Positions 57,173-64,000 of a stretch of DNA of 64,000 nucleotides are shown piece by piece. The notes below the pieces were generated by a model. It was not told the DNA's origin. It did not search any database and saw only the letters and a list, made by a program, of their open reading frames with translations. Position 1 is the first letter of the stretch; each line of letters starts with the position of its first letter. The stretch is taken from contig CAVYDA010000003.1 of the NCBI GenBank assembly GCA_963767195.1, forward strand, positions 254,276-318,275, given 5' to 3'. The translations under genes were made by a program, and so were the position numbers. The stretch is from an uncultured Acidimicrobiaceae bacterium. GTDB taxonomy: Bacteria > Actinomycetota > Acidimicrobiia > Acidimicrobiales > RAAP-2.

Positions 57173-57735
57173 GTCGCCGGCGCCACCCCATCCGTTGGGT
57201 CGCCGGTGCGGTGCTCGCCACGCTCGCCGTCGTCGGCGTGGTGCTGGCGACGCGTACGCCTCAGGAGGCCACGGCCGTCCAGAGCCCCCTCCTCGGCCAC
57301 CCCGCACCCGAGATCAGCGGCACCAACCTCCTGGGCGGGAGACATGTGTCGCTGTCTTCGCTGCGCGGCCACTACGTGGTCGTCAACTTCTTCGCCAGCT
57401 GGTGCACCCCGTGCCAGCAGGAGGCGCCCGACCTGTCGCGCTTCGCCTACGACCAGGCGCACACGAAGGGCGGCGCCGACCTGGTCAGCGTCGTGTTCCG
57501 CGACACCTCGGCGTCGGCGCACGCCTTCCTCGTCTCGAACGGCGACATCTGGCCCGTCGTGGCCGACCCGGGTGGCGCCATCGCCGCTCGCTACGGGGTG
57601 ACGAGCCCGCCCACCACGTTCGTGATCGACCCCTCGGGTCGGGTGAGCGCGGCCCTGCTGGGCCCGACGACGGGCCAGAACCTGGAGTCGTACCTGCATC
57701 CGAAGCGACCGGGGAGTCCGGTCTCAGATGGCTGA
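57169..57735 (+). CDS. ccmG: thiol:disulfide oxidoreductase CcmG/DsbE (TlpA/ResA family)
   Basis: The ATGA overlaps the ccmF stop. TM anchor and a thioredoxin fold with FFASWCTPCQQE, plus YGVTSPPTTFVIDPSG. Confidence 0.85.
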   Translation: MSRRRHPIRWVAGAVLATLAVVGVVLATRTPQEATAVQSPLLGHPAPEISGTNLLGGRHVSLSSLRGHYVVVNFFASWCTPCQQEAPDLSRFAYDQAHTKGGADLVSVVFRDTSASAHAFLVSNGDIWPVVADPGGAIAARYGVTSPPTTFVIDPSGRVSAALLGPTTGQNLESYLHPKRPGSPVSDG

Positions 57736-59075
57736 GCGTCCGGCCCGGCTCCCGCTGTGGGCGCGCGTCACGCTGCCCCTGGCCGTGCTCGCCGTCGCGC
57801 TCGTCGTCGGGAGCGGCGTCTTCGACTCGGGGCCGCCCTCGGCGTCGGCGCGCGCCGCGGCGATCGAGGCGACCGTGCGCTGCCCGTCGTGCACCGACAT
57901 CTCGGTGGCGCAGTCGAACGCGTCGACGGCCATCGCCGTACGGCACCAGATTGAGGCCATGGTCGCCGCCGGCCGCTCGACGGGCCAAATAGACCAGGTC
58001 CTCGTCTCCGAGTACGGCGAGAGCATCCTGCTCGTCCCGCCCGGACGCCGGGGGGATTCCGCTCATCTGGGTCATCCCGCTGGTGCTCGGTGTGGGCGCG
58101 GTCGTGGGTGTGGGCGTGCTGTTCTGGCGGCGCTCGCGCCAGTTCGGAGCGCTCCGGGTCGGAGGGCCCACGCGCGACGCAAGAGCGCGAGACGGTGTGA
58201 CCACCGAGGGGACGGCTCGACTCGAGCGCGACGAACGCTGGCATCTCGCCGACGAGCGCGACTTCTTGCGCCGGTCGCTCCAGGACGCCGCGCGGGAGCA
58301 CGCAGCCGGCGACCTCTCCGACGAAGACCACGCGCTCTCGATGGCGCGCGACGCGACCCGCTTGGCCGAGGTCGAGGCCGAGCTGGCCGAGGTGGAAGCG
58401 GAACTCGTACCCGCCGCCGAAACGGAGGACGGAGAGCGCCCGGAGGGCGAGGCCGAGGCCGCGCCCGAGCCGACTTCGCTGTCCAAGAGATGGTCCCTGT
58501 GGCGGCGGGTCGGGGTCGTCGCGGCCAGCCTCCTGATCGCGGTCGGGCTGGTGGTCCTCGTGACGCACTCGATCAGTTCGCGCCAGCCCGGCCAGGCCCC
58601 GTCGGGCAGCGTGAACCTGTCGCAGGCCCAGAAGATCGAACAGGAGCTCCAGCAGGCGCTTCCCCTGGTTTCCAAGAATCCCAAGGCGGCGCTCGAGCTC
58701 TACGACAACGTCCTGGCCCAGGACCCCTCGGACCCGGTCGCCCTCGCCTACGCCGGCTTCCTCGAGTGGAACGTCGGCTCGACCCAGCACGTCTCGTCTC
58801 TGGTTCGCATCGGGAGAGCGGAGGTGGAGAAGGCGGTGCGCGTTTCGCCCTCGTACTTCCAGGGTCACCTCTTCGACGGCCTCATCCTCGAGAACCAGGA
58901 CCACGATGCGGCGGCCGCGGTGGCCCAGTTCGGCGACTTCCTGGCCGACGGGCCCCCGGCGGCCGAACTGCCCCAAGCCGCCCCCCTCGTCGAAGGCGCC
59001 TACCGCGAAGCGGGAGTCGCGCTCCCGCCGGCCTTCAGCTCGAACCTCTCGCCGTCGTCGTCGCCGTCGCCGTAG
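57728..59075 (+). CDS. ccmH: CcmH fused to a CcmI-like TPR domain (one apparent frameshift in a G6 run near 58050)
   Basis: Signal/TM segment, then IEATVRCPSCTDISVAQSNAS (CcmH CxxC). A second TM follows (IPLIWVIPLVLGVGAVV), then an acidic coiled coil (EVEAELAEVEAEL), a third TM and a TPR-like domain (ALELYDNVLAQDPSDPVALAYAGFLEW). Confidence 0.75.
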
Positions 59076-59091
59076 GGGACGAACAGCAATG

Positions 59092-59110
59092 GCGCCGGGT
59101 GCGCCGGCGC
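59092..59110. terminator. short GC hairpin between convergent ccmH and nifS-like genes
   Basis: gcgccgg / gtgcg / ccggcgc, with no U tract. Confidence 0.25.
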
Positions 59111-59192
59111 GCTCTACGCTTACGCTGCGCCTGGTCTTCCGTCGGCGATCTGTCTCGGGCGGTAACCCTGGTCGATCTGCCCGAAGCCGGGG

Positions 59193-60341
59193 TCAGTTTC
59201 GCGCCGCCAGTGAGCGCAACTCGGCGACGACGGCAACGAAGGCAGCGGCGAACATGTCGCAGTCGCCGTCGGTCGTCGTCCAGCCCACGCTGGCCCGCAG
59301 CGAGTGGCTCGGGTCGGCTCCCATGGCCGCGAGCACCGGCGAGGGCTCGATGCTCTCCGACGAGCACGCGGACCCGGAGTGGACCGCGACCCCTCTGCGG
59401 TCGAGGCCGATCAGCACCGGTTCCGCCTCCACTCCCGCCACGCCGAGGCAGACGAGGTGAGGCAGACGCAGCGCGGGGTCCGACGGGCCTACCACGGCGA
59501 CGCCGTCGACCGTGTGCGCGGCGCGCGTGATGGCGGCGATGTGCCGGCGGGCGGTGTCCGCCTCCGCTTCGAGCTGCCCGCCTGCGGCGAGAGCCTCCGC
59601 CGCCGCACCGAACGCCAGGAGCGCCGGCATGGCCTCGAGCCCGCCGCGTCGACCTCGCTCCTGTTCGCCGCCGACGATGAGCGGGGCGAAGCGGGAGCCG
59701 CGGCGGACGACGAGCGCTCCGGCGCCGGGCAGACCGCCAAGCTTGTGCGCGCTGACGCTGACCAGGTCGGCACCGAGCGCATTCAGGTCGACCTCGACGT
59801 GACCCACGGCGGCGGCGGCGTCGACGTGCACGGTGACACCGGACTCCCGGCACAGCGACACCGCCTCGCGCACCCGCTGAAGCGTGCCGACCTCGTGGTT
59901 GGCCCACTGGCAGTGCACGAGGGCCGGACGGGGCTGCGAGGCCGCCGCCAGCCGAGCGTCGAGCGCGTCGACGTCGATACGGCCGGCACCGTCGACCTCG
60001 AGGGTTTCAACCGGAGCGACACGAAGCGAGGAGTCCCGCACGGCCGAGTGCTCGACCGCAGCGCACAACACCGGTGCGCCGGGATGGGCTGAGGCGGCGC
60101 CGAAGACCGCCGCGTTCACCGCCTCGGTGGCGCCCGACGTGAACACCACCTGGCGCGGCGTCGCACCGAGCAACGTGGCCACCTGACCGCGTGCGTGCTC
60201 GAGCGCCTCGCGGACGACGCGCGCTTCCTCGTAGAGGCGGCCCGGGTCGGCTGCGGCCCACCCGGCCCACTTCGTCACCGCAGCCAGCGCCTCGGGCCGC
60301 GGCGGGGAGGTACTGGCGTGGTCGAGATAGGCGCGAGCCAC
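59193..60341 (-). CDS. cysteine desulfurase (class V aminotransferase, NifS/IscS-like)
   Basis: YLDHASTSP, FTSGATEAVN, the PLP-Lys context VSVSAHKLGGLPGAGALVV, and the active-site Cys loop HSGSACSS. Confidence 0.88.
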   Translation of the reverse strand: MARAYLDHASTSPPRPEALAAVTKWAGWAAADPGRLYEEARVVREALEHARGQVATLLGATPRQVVFTSGATEAVNAAVFGAASAHPGAPVLCAAVEHSAVRDSSLRVAPVETLEVDGAGRIDVDALDARLAAASQPRPALVHCQWANHEVGTLQRVREAVSLCRESGVTVHVDAAAAVGHVEVDLNALGADLVSVSAHKLGGLPGAGALVVRRGSRFAPLIVGGEQERGRRGGLEAMPALLAFGAAAEALAAGGQLEAEADTARRHIAAITRAAHTVDGVAVVGPSDPALRLPHLVCLGVAGVEAEPVLIGLDRRGVAVHSGSACSSESIEPSPVLAAMGADPSHSLRASVGWTTTDGDCDMFAAAFVAVVAELRSLAARN

Positions 60342-60347
60342 CGGGGC

Positions 60348-61103
60348 TCAGGCAGAGGCGGCGCAGGTGTCGTCGCCCCGGGCCCGCGAGGACAGGATCA
60401 CCGGCAGCGCCTGGTGAGCAGCGCTGCCACACAGTCCCGCGAGGAGGCCCTTGACCATGCCGCGGTCGACGGCGCAAAGGACGGGGTTGGTGGCGCTGGC
60501 GTCGCCGAAGGGGCAATGTTCGGCGATGACCGCGGTGGTCTCGCCCCGGTCCTCGGCGTGGGCCGCGAATCCGTGGGCGGTGAGGGTCTCGGCGACGACG
60601 TGCATCGCCGCGCGCACCGTCCGCTGGCCCTCTCCGGGCGACATGCGTGACGCGAGCGAACGCCCGTACTCCTCGCCCACGTGGGCCGCCATCGCCTCGG
60701 CCTCGTCGGGCCCGAGCCGCCGCATGGCCTCGCCGAGGAGGCGCATCAAGAGGTCGTCGCGTCGTTGCATGAGCCCGAGCGAGAGCTCCTCTTCGACACA
60801 GAAGTAGCGCTTGGAGGGCCGCCCGGCTCCGCCAGGGTTCCGGCCGGTCTCCACCCGCACGTAGCCGCCGTCGACCAGGCGGGCGAGGTGGTGACGGGCC
60901 ACGTTGGGGTGCAACGAGAACCGGGTCGCCACCTCCGTGGCCGTGACCCCGGGCGTGCCGTGGACGTAGACGAAGATGTCGCGCCTCGTCGGGTCGCCGA
61001 ACGCGGCCGAGACGGCGGCCGCCGCCGCGCTGAAACGACCGCCCGAGGCGTCGCTGCCGTCGGTGGCGACGGCGGGCTCGACCGTGATTGGAGCGGTGCT
61101 CAC
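60348..61103 (-). CDS. ArsR/SufR-like winged-helix regulator with C-terminal Cys cluster
   Basis: FGDPTRRDIFVYV..TATEVATRFSLHPNVARHHLARLVDGGYV..GRPSKRYF. The C-terminal Cys pattern is CPFGDASATNPVLC-x14-C. It lies immediately upstream of the desulfurase on the same strand. Confidence 0.7.
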   Translation of the reverse strand: MSTAPITVEPAVATDGSDASGGRFSAAAAAVSAAFGDPTRRDIFVYVHGTPGVTATEVATRFSLHPNVARHHLARLVDGGYVRVETGRNPGGAGRPSKRYFCVEEELSLGLMQRRDDLLMRLLGEAMRRLGPDEAEAMAAHVGEEYGRSLASRMSPGEGQRTVRAAMHVVAETLTAHGFAAHAEDRGETTAVIAEHCPFGDASATNPVLCAVDRGMVKGLLAGLCGSAAHQALPVILSSRARGDDTCAASA

Positions 61104-61217
61104 GGTGGGTAGTCTACCGAGCGGTCAGGCCCTCCAGCAGGGCCGACGCGGCATGCGCCCCGCCCGGCCCGCATCGGGCGAGCCCGCGAGACGGGGCCAC
61201 GCGAGACGAGGGAGTCC

Positions 61218-62382
61218 ATGGCATCAGACCAGGCGCAGCTCGAGGCGACGCTCGGCGCCCTCGTGGACCCGGAGCTGGGCCTGCCGCTCGGCGAGCTCGG
61301 CCTGCTCCGTTCGGTGCGCCAGCGGCGTCGGCGGGCGCGGATTGAGCTGGCCCTGCCCGTGGCGGCCTGGCCGGGAGCGCGAAGAGCTGGCCGACGAGGT
61401 CCATCGTGCCGCCCTGACGTGTGCCGGGGTCGAGGAGGTGGAGCTCGACCTCGTGACCATGAGCGACGACGAGCGCAACCGGCTGCGCCTGCGGCTTCGT
61501 GCCGACATGGTCCCGGACACCGCCGCGCCTGGCGGACACGACCACGGACACGGACAGGGCCATGGTCACGGTGAGACGCAGACGCCGGCCTTTCTCGCGC
61601 CGGACGCGGCGACCCGGGTCATCGGCATCTCTTCGGGCAAAGGCGGCGTCGGCAAGTCGACGGTGACGGTCAACCTCGCCGTCGCCCTGGCCCAGGCCGG
61701 CCACCGGGTCGGGCTGCTCGACGCCGACGTCTACGGGTTCTCCGTCCCCAAGATGCTCGGCACGGACCACGACCCCGTAATCCTGGGCGACATCGTGATC
61801 CCGACGTCGGTCCACGGCGTCCGCTGCCTCTCCATGGGCTTCTTCGTGCCCGACGACCAACCGGTCATCTGGCGCGGGCCCATGCTCCACAAGGCCGTCC
61901 AGCAGTTCCTCACCGACGCCTATTGGGGGACCCCCGACTTCCTGCTGGTCGACATGCCGCCGGGGACGGGCGACGTCGCGCTCACCTTGGCCGAGGTGAT
62001 GCCGCGAGCCGAGATCGTGGTCGTCACGACGCCGCAGCCCGCGGCCCAACGCGTGGCCCAGCGCTCGGCCTTCGCGGCGCGCCGGCTCAAGCTGTCGGTG
62101 CGCGGGGTGGTCGAGAACATGAGCTGGTTCACCGGCGACGACGGGATGCGCTACGAGCTGTTCGGCTCGGGCGGGGGCGCCACGCTGGCCAAGGACATGG
62201 GCGTGCCGCTGCTCGGCCAGGTGCCGTTGGTCAACGCGGTCCGCCTCGGCGGTGACGAGGGCCGTCCCGTGGTGGCCGTCGACCCCGCGAGTGATACGGC
62301 GACGGCTTTCCGCTCGGTGGCCGACAAGCTGGCGTCGCTCGGTCCGGCCCGCGTCTACCGCCGCGAGCTGACACTGCGCTGA
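61218..62382 (+). CDS. apbC: Mrp/ApbC/NBP35-type Fe-S cluster carrier ATPase (one apparent frameshift near 61370)
   Basis: N-terminal DUF59-like LEATLGALVDPELGLPLGELGLL. Deviant Walker A ISSGKGGVGKST, LLVDMPPGTGD and VVENMSWF. A His/Gly-rich insert reads GGHDHGHGQGHGHGE. Confidence 0.88.
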
Positions 62383-62438
62383 CGCCGGCGACGGGCCCGA
62401 CGCACCCTCGGCGGGCACCTGGGTAGGGTTGCCGCCGA

Positions 62439-62873
62439 GTGGCAGGAGGCGTCATGACCCAGGACTGGGCCCGGCCCGTGGTGCACTGGGAGATCGAGGC
62501 GAAGGACCCCGAGCGCCAGCGCGCCTTCTACGCCACGCTGTTCAACTGGAGCATCGGGGACGGGCCCATCATGGGGATCCCCGCCGGCATCGGAGGGCCC
62601 GAGCCCGGACCGGGCGGTCACATCCGCTCCGGCGACCGCTCCGGCGTCACGCTCTACGTGCAGGTGGCCGACCTGCGGGCCTCCCTCGAGCGCTCGGTCG
62701 CCCTGGGCGCCACCGTGGTGGCGGAGCCCTTCGACGTCCCGGGCGGGCCCACCCTGGCCGCCATCACCGACCCCGAGGGGAACCCCCTGATGCTGGTGCA
62801 GGGTAGCGCGTGGGCGTGGTCGAAGTCACCCGGTTCCGCCTGGCCGACGGGGTCGGCGACGACGAGTTCCTGA
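62439..62873 (+). CDS. VOC/glyoxalase-family protein (ends uncertain)
   Basis: VVHWEIEAKDPERQRAFYATLFNW and AAITDPEGNPLMLVQG. GGAGG lies 5 nt before the ATG at 62454. One extra G in the run at 62801-62803 would create a TAG at about 62806, the expected end. As assembled the ORF runs on to 62873. Confidence 0.7.
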   Translation: MAGGVMTQDWARPVVHWEIEAKDPERQRAFYATLFNWSIGDGPIMGIPAGIGGPEPGPGGHIRSGDRSGVTLYVQVADLRASLERSVALGATVVAEPFDVPGGPTLAAITDPEGNPLMLVQGSAWAWSKSPGSAWPTGSATTSS

Positions 62874-63098
62874 CGCTGGACCGCAGGCTCCAGACCGAGC
62901 TCGTCCCGAACCGGCCCGGGTTCCTCCGCCGCACGACGGCGCGCCGGGGCGGCGACTGGGTCGTCGTCACATTGTGGTCGTCCGAGGACGACGCGTCTCC
63001 TTCGAACGCGACACGGCGTCGGATCCGCTCGTGGTCGAGTTCGCACGCCGGTCGCGCCCGGGAGCCTGCAGAGCGCTCGCTTCGAAACGCTCGACTAG
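62810..63098 (+). CDS. ABM-like (antibiotic biosynthesis monooxygenase fold) small protein, one apparent frameshift
   Basis: VGVVEVTRFRLADGVGDDEFLTLDRRLQTELVPNRPGFLRRTTARRGGDWVVVTLWSSEDDA, then DPLVVEFARRSRPGSLQSARFETLD* in another frame, with the stop at 63096-63098. Confidence 0.5.
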
Positions 63099-63116
63099 GA
63101 CCGCCGGGACGCCGCC

Positions 63117-63951
63117 GTGGAGCTCGACGACCTGAAGGCGACGCGCTACGAGGTGAAGGCGGCGGTGGCCACCATCACGCTGCACCGCCCCGAGCGCCTG
63201 AACGCGTGGACTGGCCGCATGCACACGGAGTACCGGGCGCTGCTGGCGCGAGCCAGCGCGGACCGCGCGGTCCGGGTGATCGTGGTGACGGGGTCGGGCC
63301 GTGGCTTCTGCGCCGGCGCCGACACGTCGGGCGCTCGAGGGCCACGTCGAGCGCGGCTCGTACAACGCAGGGCTGGCCGAGGACGTGGCCCGGCCCGGCT
63401 TCGGCGTGCTCCCGGAGTTCGACGCCGACTTCGCCTACCACTTCGGCATCCCCAAGCCGATCATCGCGTCGATCAACGGTCCCGCCGCCGGCGTCGGGTT
63501 CGTCCTCGCCTGCTTCTGCGACCTTCGCTTCGCCGCCCGCGACGCCAAGCTGACGACCTCGCACGGCAGGCTCGGCCTGCCGGCGGAGTATGGCCTGTCG
63601 TGGCTGCTGCCCCGCCTCATCGGCGTCACCCGCGCCGCCGACCTGCTGCTGTCGAGTCGGGTCGTGCTCGCCCAGGAGGCGGCCGAGATGGGTCTCGTGA
63701 ACCGCGTCCTCCCGCCCGACGAGCTCGCCGGGTTCACGACCGGGTACGCGAACCGGCTCGCCACCGAGATCGCGCCGTCGTCCCTCGCCGCCACCAAGCT
63801 CCAGCTCTACCGCGATCTCCATCGCGACGCGGCGTCGTCGGTAGCGGACGCGTCGGCGCGGATGGTCGAGATGATGCAGCAGGCGGACTTCGCCGAGGGC
63901 GTGGCCGCATTGGCCGAGAAGCGCCCGCCGGACTTCGGCGACCCGGGCTGA
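63117..63951 (+). CDS. enoyl-CoA hydratase/isomerase (crotonase) family, one apparent frameshift near 63330
   Basis: GTG start. ATITLHRPERLNAW and VIVVTGSGRGFCAGAD, then PKPIIASINGPAAGVGFVLACFCDLRFAA, GLPAEYGLSWLLPRLIG and FAEGVAALAEKRPPDF in ORF 63301..63951. Confidence 0.85.
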
Positions 63952-64000
63952 TCTGCGCCGAGAGGCCTCAGCCGTCCACGCCGGCGGGAAGTTTGGACGG

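Noticed and set aside
63952-64000. A possible minus-strand gene end (TCA at about 63968) at the right edge of the window.
   Set aside because: Only about 30 nt are available, which is too little to support any call.

Overview
High-GC bacterial chromosomal segment. My hand counts of single 60-nt lines range from about 48% to 77% GC, and most lines are near 68-72%. Gene content looks actinobacterial: LAL-type LuxR regulators, TetR/MarR regulators, a SufR-like regulator, Mrp, a CIRCE element and an LPXTG-like anchored protein. That taxonomic assignment is inference only. I can support about 55 protein-coding genes and recognised no rRNA, tRNA, CRISPR array, integrase or transposase.

Gene order:
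- 5' end to 11.1 kb: partial esterase, valS (-), cysS (+), acyl-CoA dehydrogenase, membrane-anchored alpha/beta hydrolase, HisKA_3 kinase with a NarL-type response regulator.
- 11.1-32.6 kb: a compositionally mosaic accessory block. It holds an NTF2/SnoaL gene remnant, an orphan membrane protein, two large LuxR-AAA (LAL) regulators, quinone oxidoreductase, SDR, ABC1/UbiB kinase, a DUF3533/YhgE-like membrane protein, NAD-dependent formate dehydrogenase next to NDH-2, and a marR / TrxR-like / LUD / zf-UBP run. AlkA-like glycosylase and isochorismatase-family hydrolase follow.
- 32.9-44.2 kb: a PBP-like protein with substituted catalytic motifs, MFS transporter, APH-like kinase with LMW-PTP, TetR, methyltransferase, GT4, gmd, ccdA, CIRCE-preceded hsp20, DJ-1/PfpI.
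- 44.6-50.1 kb: one cell-surface protein gene of about 1820 codons.
- 50.3-64 kb: ACT protein, a helical orphan, a methyltransferase, a complete translationally coupled System I cytochrome c maturation operon (ccmABCDEFGH-I), a SufR-like / NifS-like pair, mrp/apbC, VOC, ABM-like and enoyl-CoA hydratase genes.

Main caveat: I traced about 40 single-base reading-frame breaks by hand, including in valS and cysS. Several fall in C or G homopolymers, and the flanking protein sequence stays conserved. I therefore read them as assembly or sequencing indels rather than decay, and report full gene spans rather than ORF fragments.

Observations most worth a second look:
- the giant repeat-built surface protein with a non-canonical FAVTG sorting signal
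- System I Ccm together with CcdA in this genomic background
- the PBP homologue lacking its SxxK serine and lysine
- heptanucleotide microsatellites in intergenic regions, two of them in divergent promoter regions
- ccdA lacking any canonical start codon
- CIRCE plus GCGCACA boxes upstream of hsp20
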